Both the position numbers and the translations under genes were made by a program. Shown in pieces: positions 1 through 12,871 of a stretch of 64,000 nucleotides of DNA. The DNA lies in contig JAQGDQ010000097.1 of assembly GCA_030141605.1 (NCBI GenBank), positions 558,001-622,000 on the forward strand. Reading direction: 5' to 3'. Numbering within the stretch: position 1 is the stretch's first letter; each line of letters opens with the position of its first letter. Under the pieces are notes generated by a model. It had not been told where the DNA came from, searched no databases, and worked only from the letters and a program-made list of their open reading frames with translations. Origin of the DNA: Tubiluchus corallicola (lineage: Eukaryota > Animalia > Priapulida).

Positions 1-599
1 TATAATCGCTTTAATTTGCCTGAAATGATTGATTGAAAATTCAAATTATATGTTAAAATTAATGCGTATACACTTATAGACGTCTTTTTTTGTTTCCCCG
101 ATACTTTCGAACTATAAGAACACAGTCTAGCAGTAACAGTCTGCTTACTAAAACCCTAAAACCCTCCACATCATTGGTTCTTTTCTCCGCGTAATATATC
201 TAAATGATTATTTAGAGAATAGTACGCTCTCAAATTATCAGTAACTTTATAGAGTTTTACAATGTCTAAATGTTGATTCTACAATTTATTCTTCAAGTTT
301 TGCAAAATTAGTATCGCGAATACACATTCAAGCTATCGTTGCGTTAATGTCTCCTTTATGTACGCTGTGAAAGAAATCTGTAAAAATACATTAACTCACA
401 AAAATTCTATATAATTTAAGATTTTGTTTTATTACGATACATTTCACCTGTGCAATTTTCGTTTGCACACCCAATTTTTATGATTCTGTATTATTTCGAT
501 GGCATTTAATTATAAAGATTTGTAAGAAAATGATACACGTATATTATAACAAAAGTACAATTATTCAATTTTTGAAACAATACTTGAGTAAAATGAAGA

Positions 600-700
600 A
601 AATATAAAAAACTGATCGTAGATTTGAATTATAGACCTTCAGATTACAAGGTCTATAGCCGCGCTGTACCCTAAGCGGTTGACCACACAGTCCCTTGCGA
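600..700 (-). mobile_element. tRNA-derived SINE head (degenerate)
   Basis: Minus strand GGGACTGTGTGGTCAACC...CTTGTAATCTGAAGGTCTATAATTCAAATC has A-box-like and B-box-like segments, followed by a T-rich TTTTCTTCATTTTACTCAA tail shared with the copies at 6340 and 24130. Confidence 0.45.
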
Positions 701-2358
701 TCATGACAAGCCTAAGTTCAATCCTAATACATCAGCCAAGCCAATATTAAATACTAATACATAGATTCAGTTCTTCTAAGCAATTAATTCGGGAGTGAGT
801 AATTATTATTTTATAATATTAATTTCAGATTTCTAACAAATTTCAAGATTGTTTCTACTCTATCGATCTTTACTACTAATTTTCAGAAAATTTGGGATGT
901 TCCGGAATGACTCGCTTAGCAACAAAATTTCTTTCACATAGAGGCATTGCAGTGTATCCAACAGTAACAACAACAACAGAAGAACAATAATAAGAACAAT
1001 AGAACTTGTGTTTACTGTTCATCTTGGACAGTGGACAATAGATTTATTCACCGCAATGGTTACTATATTATTCAAGACTGTACACAGATAGCTCTTACTT
1101 CTCTGTTTTGCAAAAATATATTCCTTAAAGACAATGATGTCTGATCAACAATACCAGTTAACGTATGTTTATAACTACTCCAAAATGCGAAGCATTTGTA
1201 ACTCGTTTATTGAGTTTTTGCCCAAGTACCTGGATCCTAAACGTCATTTATTGTAGTCACGGAATCAGCTTCTTCGTGCAAATATCACTTTGAACGCCGT
1301 TTATCGTTGCTATAGATCCGTTTTATTGTAAAAATTTAGAATGCGGAGTAATTCTATTTTGACATCATGATGTAAAAGCTGGCTAAAAATTTATTACACG
1401 AGCACTAGCGACGACAGCAAGACAGGATTCATGGTGAAAAAGATCTAGTTATAGAGTTATATCGCAAGTGAGTAACCCAAGTGCGTATGTGATAAAGGAC
1501 AGATTTAGTCTTATATAACCACAGTTCTTGTTTGTTAAAAGTGTTAAATATAAATAAGCAACAATATCAATTGTAGCAATAAAATGTTAATGTAAATTCC
1601 AAGGAATTTTCATGAAAATGGAACATGTGCCATTTCTCGCAAGGGGCAGTTCCTCTCGAAGAGAACGCCATGAAAAAATTTAAAGCTCAATGCTTAATGC
1701 GTGATTGAAAGCAATGTTGGCCGACTTCGGGAAGAATGCTACAGAAAATTTTCTGGAAGATGTTTTTACGTGCTCACTTGATGAAATTTATAAACTTATT
1801 GATATTAGAAAGTCTATTTTAACTGTTTCCATTTATCTGGGTGGTGCAAATACGGCGTGTATAACAGTATTAATGGGTTTAATTGTGTTTGTCACCATCC
1901 CCACACCTCCAACTCTAAGATATGCAATCACAATTCTTAAATCATTCTATTTCTAAATATTAGGTAAAAGACAACATAGTATTTTGTTTTTATCTGTCAG
2001 CTGCTCTAGTGCATCAATCATTAAAGATGCACGGCTTTAATAACCATCAATGTTTTGTGTTTAAACTTCAGTATTTTCCTAATTCACCTCTTTATTTCAT
2101 TTTCTTTATGAATATTGTATGTTAAGGAAGCTGCATACTTTTGTGATTGTGGAAAAACTAAATTAAAGTAAAAGTATACAGTTCCTTTAGCATACAGTAG
2201 TTATAAAGAACCTAAAATATAAAGTTGGATTGGAAAAATACTGAAGTTTAAAAAAGAGAAGCACTAGTTAGCACGCTTGCTGCTAAGAACACAGTGCCTT
2301 TATCAACGCACTTAATGTGTTGTTGTTTAAAAACTATATTTAAGATAAATTAATATCC

Positions 2359-2417
2359 TATTTCTCTGTTTAACTGATGAAGTCCGTGAGGGACAAAAGC
2401 TCCTATAGAAAAATAAA
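2359..2417 (+). ncRNA. Minimal type I hammerhead-ribozyme-like motif (Penelope-like element type), core G12 replaced by A
   Basis: CTGATGA(2374-2380)-A-GTCC-GTGAG-GGAC-AAAA-GC-TC. The flanks TATTTCTCTGT (2359-2369) and ATAGAAAAATA (2405-2415) pair at 10 of 11 positions; AATAAA follows. Confidence 0.55.
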
Positions 2418-5279
2418 GATCATCACTTCTTTGAGACTTAAAAGAGCATTTCAACCTTTTTTCTGTTATAACTATGGGATACTTACTTAATTAAAGACGT
2501 TTATTAAAGCAATGGGTAATGTTGTTCGGCTTTCTTAAAGCTTTTTCTTAATAAGTTTACGTTAGTTATTTCACACCGCATACTGATGCTAAATTAACTT
2601 GAGTCCAACACAAGGGAGAGTGTCGCAGTTCATCTTAGCGAAATTCGTTTTCCAGTAAAGGCTTAAAGTGGCTTCATTGCATTGGAGAAGGCGTACTCCT
2701 TATAAATTACTTTCTCAGGAGGGGACGTAAATAAAAGATTGATACCCTTTGCGTTTCCTGTTTCCAGGGCGTTCTAGCTGTCAATTAAACAGGCCAAAAT
2801 AACACACGCAGGGTGCTACGGATACAAGTGATTCAGTGAAAAGTATTGTTGCTTTAGCATTTTTTCCACTAGGCCCTGTGCGGTTAAACGTATCGAGGTG
2901 GTAGAGGCTCTAAGCTAAGAAAATAAACTCGCCTATGTAATGGTTGGAACACACTAGTCAAATTAAAACCTTTAAAAACACACTTCGTTTTAAACGCAAG
3001 CTGTTTTGCTTTGTACTTGTGCCGCCATGCTGTCTTTCCGGCATATCAATTTACTGATTTCATTTATCCAACTGTTCACGCCGTTATTATGCATTAACTG
3101 TAAATTAAAATAATAAACAAACGTTTATAATATTTCTAATTTTATTAATTTTTATTTGTGAAAGATCATGTTTTAAAGACTTTTCTTAGTTGCTCAAATT
3201 TTTCTATACAAAAAAAAGGCTCAAAAATATTCACGTTTTTATACAAGGTCAGTAAATCATGACCCACGATTTGTTTTTTACCTGAACTTCCCCTCCTTTT
3301 CTGTTAATTTCAGTCGTGTAAGAATTTAATTTTTTTGTGCAAGTTTCTACAAAGCATAGTGACAGTTACTGTATAAAAATTTGAAATTTTTATATTTACT
3401 CGAATTGGCAAAAAATGTTACAAACAAAAAAGTGATTTTAGTGACATTTAACTAGAGTGAGAGGTGCTTTTAGATTTCTCTGCTATATTATGCCGAACAA
3501 TAGTACAAAAACATTAAAAACAGACATATTTTTTCACTGTTTTTATTTGGAACACACAAGCACGAAAGAAATAAGATTTAGGTGAATGTATTTAACTAGA
3601 AATTACACAAGCTTTTTCTGTAAGTGTTCTAGCACTATTGAAGCAATTCTAATAGCACCGCGTAACTATATTAATATAGAAACTTTTAAAGGTACATTAA
3701 AGACTTATATCTTTTTAAAGTATACTACATTTAAACAGTTTATTTATAATGACATTTATCTACATCTATAATTTTATCATAACTATTTTAGCTTGCTTCC
3801 TACTGTGCCTTTATTTTTATTGATGCATTTACATGTAGTTTGTGCTTTACATATGAAATAATTTTACTTATAAGTACTCCTGAGACGCAGTGCATTGTTG
3901 TAAAAATCAATAAACGCTTTTGTTGTTGTTATTGTTGTTGTTATTATTATTGTTATTGAGTCTTGTTATTGAATGGTGCTGCCACCTTCTCACAGACATT
4001 TAAACATTTTGTTATAATTTATCCCATTTTGCTATAGTTGATAAACTATAATTAATAAAAGAAAAGAAGAGACAACGACGGAAGAGAAGAGGGGAAGACT
4101 ATTTAACTCAGAAAAGAAAACTAAATTGTGTTTAACTCCTAACTTTACATAGGTTTATTCTCCATTATCATCACTGAGCAGTATAAGCATAAAACTCTAA
4201 TAACACTTAAAAATATATTAATATTTTCAGACTTTGTCCGCCACAATCACACAAAAACAATCAAACCGGAAAAACTAACTGCAGTTCCAGAGGAGATTAA
4301 TGCAGTTCATCCGCGCCACGATTCATGATAAATGTAACTCGAGCGAGAATAAAGATTTCTTTGAAAATTGCTTCAAGTCAGTCGTGATAATGGCCGTAAC
4401 GAAAATGGCATTACGTGCAAATCTACTAATTGGATAAAAACAAATTTAATTAATTAACTTGTACAGAGCCAGTATGTAGTACACAGGGGCCATTAACAAA
4501 TCAACTATAGCAGCTGCCAAAGCAATCTACACTTTTACTACTTTACAATAAGAGTGCCTAATGCAAATGGACAAACAAATAAACACACGAAGGAGTAAAC
4601 AAATTAGCAAATAATGAAAAGAAGAATAAAAGACTAATGGGTCAACTCTAATCAATAATAAAACCCATTTGCAAACAGACGAACAAGGAAATCCGAAACT
4701 AGTTTAAAAATTAAAAGATGATACAAAATTAACATGCTTTTTGGCACACTCATAGTTTAATACGTGCTTTTTAAGGCCCGTGTCAGACAGAGCTGGACAT
4801 AATCCGTAAGGAGGTATGCCGTGAGGAGAAAAAGTCGCCTCGTGAAAAATGAACATGATGTTAATGCAGTCTTCTGCCAGCCGTGGTTTGCCTACCGTAA
4901 GCCATCAGCCATAATCCGCGGTAGGTCCCTCACAAGCCGTTTTGAGCCGTTCATAAAGCGTCTTATTGCGAAATGAATTTGGCCATTAATTTCATTTGCA
5001 CAAGGAGTTTTTACTTATCGCTAATATGAAAATTAGTGTAATTAAGCTTTTTCCTGTACAAAATTCATTTTTGTACTGTATCATAAGAATTCATAACATC
5101 GATGTACTATGAACATTAAAAAGCATTTTTACCCCACAACACTTATTTACGACTGCCATATTACCACAGTACTATTTGCAGGTGACAGTATGCCTGTCAA
5201 TCATATTATAAATGTACGCGACTGACAATCTGCTATTCCGTAATGAGTAAAATTATATTAGCTATTAAACTATAGTATC

Positions 5280-5700
5280 TATTATATTAAAATAATAAAA
5301 AATATATTAGTTTCGTGTCTCCAGCCAAAAAACAAATTATGGCAAAACACAATATTTACATGCAGATATTCAATAGTGGCTAAGTAACTTGTGATAATTT
5401 TCATTTGTTCACTATACAGGCCTACGTCATATGTACCTTCGATGCCATATAAACACTCCATGATCATATTGGCATAGACCATATTTTCTTGCGTTAAATT
5501 ACCGATATGACGCTCAATGAAAGCATATAAGTTTGTTTTCTTAAAATGAAAAGTATCTAAACTATTCACATTTAACAAAACACTTTAATGTCTTACATTA
5601 AATCCGATAATGCTCCTAGCGTCATTATACAGTTTTACATAGATATTGCACTGTTTGATTTGTGGATTCCAAACACCGTTCAATAAATCTTAGACAATAA
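5280..5700 (-). mobile_element. Degenerate LINE ORF2 C-terminal remnant
   Basis: LRFIERCLESTNQTV...ARSIIGFNVRH...ANMIMECLYGIEG...EQMKIITSYLAT resembles the C-terminus of invertebrate non-LTR ORF2 proteins; stops and frameshifts present. Confidence 0.4.
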
Positions 5701-6337
5701 TGGCAGAAATAACTAATTTTATATTACCTATATGCATTTACCCTACTGTCTTATCTGTTGCTGCTTAACTTTCGTGGCCAGTATTTTTTAAATCGTTTAT
5801 TCATCGTATAGGTTGGTTACAGACGGCTTATGTTTCTGATGCGGCAATCGTAAGCACACCTTCTACTTGGTAAAAGAGTTGTAACTGTGTTTTAATTTCA
5901 TTTGCTAGTACGATGTTTTGTGTGTAATGATTTTATAATTCTCTGTCTACTGCACGATGCTAATTGGAGTGTTATGGAGTTTTTATCCACTTCAGCCCTG
6001 TGAGGTGATGCAGTTCGAGGAAATTGTAAAAAAATGAAAATCCAACGTATATTTTATGAAGAGAGCAAAATGACAACCTCCGTTATTGATTACAGTGCAC
6101 GATGTGATAATTTCGGATTATGAGATAATTAGCTCGCGTTCAGTATTGTATGTTATTTGTATGCATCTATATTGAAATATTTTTGTATATTATTTAATTT
6201 ATTTTTATTTTATTTGTATTGATGTACTTTAATTAATTAGCTGTTTAGATGAACAGCGTCAACAGCTTCCTTTAAAAACGTATTACAACGATCGTCTGTA
6301 TTGTATTTTTCTCATTATTTATAATCAATGGGGAAAA

Positions 6338-6480
6338 ACAGTGTAGTGGTCATGACGCTAGGGTTGTGACCCAAAAGTCTCTGGTTCAAATGCAGCTCAC
6401 AGTTAGGATTTTTTCACATTTCATTTTGCACAATTTGCTTTCAATTTTGTAATTTCGAATTTATGCCATTGCCAACAGCA
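6338..6480 (+). mobile_element. tRNA-His-like SINE head and body
   Basis: GTGTAGTGGTCATGACGCTAGGGTTGTGACCCAAAAGTCTCTGGTTCAAATGCAGCTCACAG aligns with the tRNA-His(GTG) layout (A box, GTG anticodon loop, GGTTCAAAT B box). The 5' acceptor stem is missing; TTTTTTCACATTTCATTTT follows. Confidence 0.55.
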
Positions 6481-6789
6481 AATAAGGAAATGAGAATTAG
6501 TAAATGAATTAATTATTCTTGATACGTAATTATAATTGGTTTCTATTTACAACCCTTGTATGAACGCATTTATGCGAGAAATAAAATTATAATAATAATT
6601 TCTTATTTGTGACCGATTTTTTATTTGAGTACCCGTGGCAGTTTTTTAAACAGGTGGAGTATTTTACAACAAAATCATGGGCCTCCTTTGACATTTATAA
6701 CTGTTAGCTAAAAGTGTTACATCATGCTGCGAATAAATAAAGGCTGTCCCTAAAATTAGCTGCGAAATTAGCTATTTAATGCAGTAACA

Positions 6790-7273
6790 TTAAATTCCAA
6801 GCTCCACGGTTGCGCCCTCATCGTTTACTTTGTTAATTACAGCTTCAACATTATTACTTTTGATATTAGTCTGCTTGATGCGCTCATCGAGCGTTGTATT
6901 CCTTCTTTTCATTTTCTTAATAAGCAACAAAACTGTATCAACGAAAAATTCCAACAATTCATAAACTGCCAAGACAGACATTCCTATTTAGAGACCTAAA
7001 AGTCCCCCAATGTCACCAGCGAGGTCAGTTTCCTTGTACGACAGTGTCTCGGACACTTTCTGGACAATGCTATTGTCTATCATCACGTGTATCCATGTTA
7101 GTTCATTCACGCCATCTACCAGCGAAGTTTCGGAATATTCGTTAGCCAGGAAAAATGAGAGCCAGAAGAACTCTTCTTCACTGATGTTCATGTTGAGTTC
7201 TTGCAGCAGTGGCAACAGTTTTTCGTGTTGTGCAAAATTCACAACTGCTCCCGAGTCCCATAACACGTCATAC
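6790..7273 (-). pseudogene. DEG/ENaC (amiloride-sensitive channel family) last exon, with in-frame TAA at 6988-6990
   Basis: Acceptor ACAG|G at 7274. Translation ...YDVLWDSG...LTWIHVMIDNSIVQKVSETLSYKETDLAGDIGGLLGL*IGMSVLAVYELLEFF matches the pre-TM2/TM2 signature (GGxLGLxxGxS) of DEG/ENaC channels. Confidence 0.85.
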
Positions 7274-7309
7274 CTGTCGGTTTAAGTATTATTTGAATTA
7301 TATATATAT

Positions 7310-7720
7310 AATAATCTTTATTTGCCAATAAAAACATTGATAATCACTGATAAAAAACTTTACAGAGATAATCAATCAGTGTTAGTTAAAAAAACTTACA
7401 CTGCTGAAGGCAAGTGCGTCAGTGCAATCTAAACTACTGTGCAGTAATGACGAATAAAATCAAACATATTTACAACCATACACAAACAAAATAAATAAAA
7501 AAAAACTATGATTTAATTAATATGGCCGTGGGTATATGAATTCTGAATTAGTGTGTATGTTGTCTTACTGGTGTGATGGTATTTCATATCTGGTTAATAT
7601 TAGTGATTTTAATTTTGTTTTAAATGCTGATAGGGACTTGATTTGTTTAACCTGTAATGGTAGAGAATTCCAAAGTAAAATTGCTTGTTTGATTACAGAG
7701 TTCGTTTCATAGTGGGTATT
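7310..7720 (-). mobile_element. LINE 3' fragment inside the ENaC intron
   Basis: NSVIKQAILLWNSLPLQVKQIKSLSAFKTKLK is the typical WNxLP...FKxxLK ORF2 terminus; the 3' UTR ends with GGCAAATAAA at ~7317-7326. Confidence 0.7.
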
Positions 7721-8731
7721 TGTCCTAAAATTAGTACAAAGTAAACAGAAAATATTCACGGCACAAACATTCGTTCACACAATAATAAAAAGTAATACTT
7801 TTCCGCTATTTCTCTTATATACATTATATCGTAAGTAACTAAAGTAATTAAATTTCATGAAACTGAGTAAACAGCTTTGCTTGGGGTGATGAAAACTGAT
7901 GAATGTTAAGAAGTAAAGCAATTCCATAGTCGGTTTGTAAATGAAGAGGTAATTTCTGAAAAGTGGTTCTCGGCTATTTCATCTTTCTTTCTTTTGGTGA
8001 GACGGAGACGAAGATACCTCGGCAGGCAAGCCTAGAAGCTCATTGCTTTTGATGGTTTAAAAAGCGAAAGGTAAATGTCTCAAGGTTAAAACATAAAGAT
8101 GTCAAAATCGCAACAAATGAAGCTATAATTATCAAATTTGGCACAAGAACAGATCTGGGCGTGACTCGGAAAAATACTAGTAGCATTGCAGTTCAAAAGA
8201 TGAAAGGCAATGTTACCAGATCGGAAAATCCAAGATCGGAAAGCCCACAAATGTCAAATGATAAATTATTTTTGTAAAAACACAAGTACTCTTCAATATT
8301 TTTTCAATATACATACTTTATAAACACAATTTTTGCATGTAGGTGCTTCCAATCCTGCCGTACGGTATCATTACCATCCTACCATCTCTTTAGGCAGAGC
8401 TGTTTAAAAGACAGTGAGATAGTAAATGCCTTCATTAGATTTGCTGACATACGGAATCAAAATGAATAACTTAAATGCAGTTACTGAAGTGGTACTGACA
8501 AGCCACTATATTAGAATTTTGTCTGTCTGCCATGTACTGGGCTTCTTTCTGTGTTGATGAAATGAAATGCAGAGAAGATTTCAAGACACTTCTCTGTATG
8601 GATGGATTGGCAGATGCCCGGGTGAACAATATGGCCCTACTTTTCGTCTTCAACCTTCATTTTTCCTCTTGTTATACATTCATGTGGCGTATAATACACT
8701 GAAGGTAACAAAAGGAAATATCTATGTATAC

Positions 8732-9282
8732 CGTGTATAGTCGCAAGGAGGCAAACAGCTACTGCAGTCTTTGTCTTTTATCCCAGTGTTTGCAAAGCAT
8801 TCTTCAGACAGCAGAATTTCACAGTGCGCTGGCACAGCGCCCGTCCAACCAACCACCATTAAAACTCGGTCAGAAACTGGAATGTTGGCACTGGTGCAAT
8901 TACAATCCCTTACTAACTTCTTCTGCAAACATTTCTGCAGACACGTTTCAATGCCATATACAGTTCCTGTAGTTTCGGCGTAAACATCGTGAAGTTGTTC
9001 AGCGTTGACCCTTTCTCCTTGAAGGCAGTTTCCTTTAGTGTAGTCCTTTTGCATGTCTGTTCTTTTCACTCTTGCTGTATTCGCCGTACCGCCCGAGCAA
9101 AGAACGGTTGTACACCAATATGACTGTACCCTGGAGGGACAACAAATACATCAAAACCGGGCTGAGGTGTTCTTATTGGCATGTATTCTGCCAGTTAGCA
9201 TTCAGTTTCAGCTTGACTCCACGGTTAGCATCCTTGCCATTATATCTTAGAACTTTCTGATTGCTACTCAGCAAAGCTGAGC
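8732..9282 (-). pseudogene. DEG/ENaC penultimate exon (palm/beta-ball and Cys-rich thumb), with two frameshifts
   Basis: Acceptor AATAG|GC at 9283. RGVKLKLNAN / AEYMPIRTPQPGFDVFVVPPG...FFAR / GTANTARVKRT...YGIETCLQKCLQKKLVRDCNC...CSSCLPPCDYTR needs two 1-nt frameshifts (~9192 and ~9091). The phase-2 donor CG|GT at 8731 joins the next exon to give PPCDYTRYDV. Confidence 0.8.
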
Positions 9283-9894
9283 CTATTGAACCATATTATC
9301 ATATGAAACTCGCTTGCAATAGTAGAAACTTTGAGAAAACCAAAAACGATCTAGCAAGGCGGTGAGCGAGTTTAAAACACAAATGCACGGCTTTCAAAGT
9401 TGTCTATCAGTCATAAATACCGTCGGCTTCGCGTTTTTTGCGCATCACTGGTGCCGGCATCAAATCAAATATTCCTAAACGCCATAAAAGGTGTGATTTC
9501 CAAGTTGCAAAGTTAAACCATGTGATTATTGTGCCTAACTGAACGCGGCTTCTGAAACGTAATTTAACTCGTGGTCTAACTGAATGACAAGGTGGTTCAG
9601 ATGGTAGTAAAGACAGATTAGAGTAAGAGCAAAGCTGACTTAACGATGTATGTTATTATAATTGCACGCGTAATAATAAAGCTGCTATTAATGGCATAAG
9701 CTATGGATTCAAAATTGCTTCCCTTAATAAATGACGAGCAAAGTTCGCGGCATGCTATTGAAGCTTTTATTGAGCATTCAATGCCGAGACTTCAAATAGA
9801 GGTTAAAATAAATTATAGTAGAATATGTCATGGAAAGTGCTTCTTCTGCGCATGATATTATGTCACTTAATATGATAATATGATAATAATAAAC

Positions 9895-10290
9895 GACTTC
9901 ACTTCGCCAAGGCACAGTTCGTCAACGCAACATTTCGCCAGTGTCATTTCACGTGTGAATCACTTCGCGAGTCATTCTGCCAATGCATGTGTTCACATAC
10001 ATACATATATACATACGTACTAATACATACATGTGTATAATATTATATAATAGAAATAGTGCAATTAGTGTAATACACATTTAAATAGTGTAACACTTTA
10101 GCGAAATGATTTGTGTATTTCACTATTTCTAATAACCACTTGCGAAATGATAGATTAGCGAAATGTTACACTGGCAAAATGAAGTACTGACCAAAGATAG
10201 ACTAGTGGAATGATAGACTAATGAAATCATGCATTGACAAAATGACAGACTGGCGATATGTGGTACTGGCGAAGTGTGAATGGGTGAAAT
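9895..10290. mobile_element. Degenerate foldback element
   Basis: The left arm has repeated (C)ACTTCGCCA/TTTCGCCAG units; the right arm has repeated CTGGCGAA/TAGCGAAATG units in the opposite orientation. Confidence 0.55.
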
Positions 10291-11794
10291 AAGGTGATAG
10301 CACTTTTAAACAACTAAAATAGCCAACTAGTTTGAATAAAATAATTATTATTCTCTCGTACGCGAAAACCTTATCCGGAATTTCAAAATTCTGCAATTGT
10401 AATTTTCAACTAAAAACAGTTATGACAGATTTAATGTGAACAGTAACATGAGTAAACAAATAAGCATTAAACCTTATGAAAAATATGCAATGACATACAA
10501 AGTGAATTTATTTTGTAAAATTATCCATTTTAGTTTGTTTCTTTGTTTGTTGATTGACTGGTTTTCGGAATTAACCCTTTTATTTCCTATTTGGTGTGTA
10601 TTATTTTACATAGCAACAATAAAGCTTTTAAATTGGATTCTGGGCACAAGTCAGAATTTATTGAGTTTCAGTAGTTTCGTATCTGGTTTAACACGTGTTT
10701 CGCGTTTTTTTGCCATATGCTTTTTGGGTTTCAAAAACGTGAAAACGAATTCATTATAATGATACAAAAAGGAAAAACACACCACAACTTATTCGGCGAT
10801 AAAACAAATAATATTCTATAAAACTATGTTAATAGAGAGTACTCTACATGCTACATATTATGACAGACAGCTGCCATCTAGCGGCAGAAATGCGTACTCA
10901 CCAAGCAGGCCTATTGTAATTATACTAAACATTCTCATGAAAAGATAGGAGAGGAGATAATAGCAGGGTAGGAGAAGCAGGGAAAGAGAGGAGAGGTGAG
11001 GTGAACGAAAAACGAGGGGAGGGAGGGATATTTCAATTTTTTCTATTTTTAGATTTCGAAAAACGAGTTGGCAGCCGTTTCCTTCTAATTTAACTTTGTA
11101 ACTGCACAAAGAGGAAAAAACCTCATAACGTAGTGCGCACTCGATAAGTGAAACAAGGAACACGTGCTACTGTACGGCGTCCCCATCTGGCGACAAAAGT
11201 GTACACCTTGCGAAGCTGTTATAATAATCTGGAACGGCAAAGTGGAATTTAGTGCTTATCTTTGAATATTAATAAATGAAATATGACTATTCATAATTCA
11301 TTTTTAATATTAATAAATTAGTTAGCAATATTCATAAATCATTTATTGATATTAATAAATGTTTTACGAATTATTAGTATTAAAAATTAATTATGAATAC
11401 TGGTATGCCATTAACATAAGATCTTTATAACTTGTGAGTGCCAGGTTGGGTTGGTACTGACACCTGCCAACTATAATGAAAAAAATAGTACACGTGGAGG
11501 AAAAAAATAGAATTGATGATGGATGGGATGGGTGTTCAAACGGATGGACGAATACTAAAATAAGTAAAAATCTTGGCTCAAAGTGTAAAAGCTTAATAAT
11601 CGACCAGCTCGTTATTTTATTCTATTATTATTATTATTATTACTATTATTATTATTATTGCTATTATTATTATTAAAATATTATTATAATAAACACATTA
11701 GACACATCGGCCTGCCATTATATCAAAGCAAAATTAAAATACAACATTTATGCAAGGGAGACTGAATATGACAAAAGCAATCTAAGCAAATTGG

Positions 11795-12052
11795 TGACCC
11801 GTAAAAGCACAGGAAAAAAGTCACAGAGAAAAGTCAAACTTTGGCTAGAAAAGAAAGTGAGACAATCAAACAAAAACATTCAAGTCAGTCCCACTTTATT
11901 TATGTACCGTAAACAATTAAAGTAATAGAACAGAAAATGTTTTTAGAGTTAGGTTACTTCTTTTTTTCTTGCGACCTTTTCCTAAAACTTTTTCCTTTGT
12001 CTTTTTTCTGTTTTTTCCTATGATTTTTTTACCTGTGACTTTTTCCCCGCAT
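11795..12052. mobile_element. Degenerate foldback element
   Basis: Left AAAAGCACAGGAAAAAAGTCACAG units versus right CCTGTGACTTTTT units. Confidence 0.5.
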
Positions 12053-12871
12053 TCGTATATTTTGTGTCTAAAATCATGTACCGAAAACTTTCAAACTAAA
12101 TTATGTATAAATATTATGATATAAATATTATAATACTACGCATGATACATTGTTTATTATGTGTAATTTAGTTTGAGTGTCTTCAGAGAAAACAGGCCTT
12201 TCTATGGGTCACGTCAAAATAAGATAGGTTTAAGTGGACACACATAAGTGCTTAGCAACAAAATTATATGGAAAGCTAAATAATATTCTAGTTTTCCAAT
12301 ATTCCAGTATTGTAAGATACTTTTAGATCACGAAAATTTCAAAAAGCAAAATGTAAGCAACAGTAAGCAATAGATTCCTAATAATGTTTGTTTCACAGGA
12401 TGATAACAGAAATAAAATATTAGATCCGACATGAAGCGAACGATGCTAATGATTAATGTCTTTGTCATCTATATTACGTGATGATTTGATGTGATCAAAA
12501 TTTTTTTCTGTGCAAATTTTTTTTGTAATTTTGTTTCAGTATGATTTTGTCAAGTTCAAAGTGGTCAGATCAAGTAGGTTTAATAGGAACAATTTTTGTC
12601 TTTTCCCAAATTTCAACTAAATTCATACACATAGTACGGACATGGTGGTTTATTGACAAAAGTTATTCTTCTTCTTTTCCTAACTGCCTCCCCCCCACGT
12701 TTTATCAGAGGCCGTTGCCACTCATTTATTAACTTTTTAACACAGTAAAAATCCTGCATTAAGAGCATTACAGAACACAAAAAACGGCAACGTTCAATGA
12801 TCAACTGAAAAAAATTGAAGTGATAAAAGCAATGGAGAGCTTCACTCTTAGTTACGAATGCAGTCGTTTCA

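Noticed and set aside
9495-9530. Minus-strand HMV*LCNL resembling the ENaC FPxVTxCN motif
   Set aside because: The surrounding frame has stops and no TM1 or splice support; likely chance.
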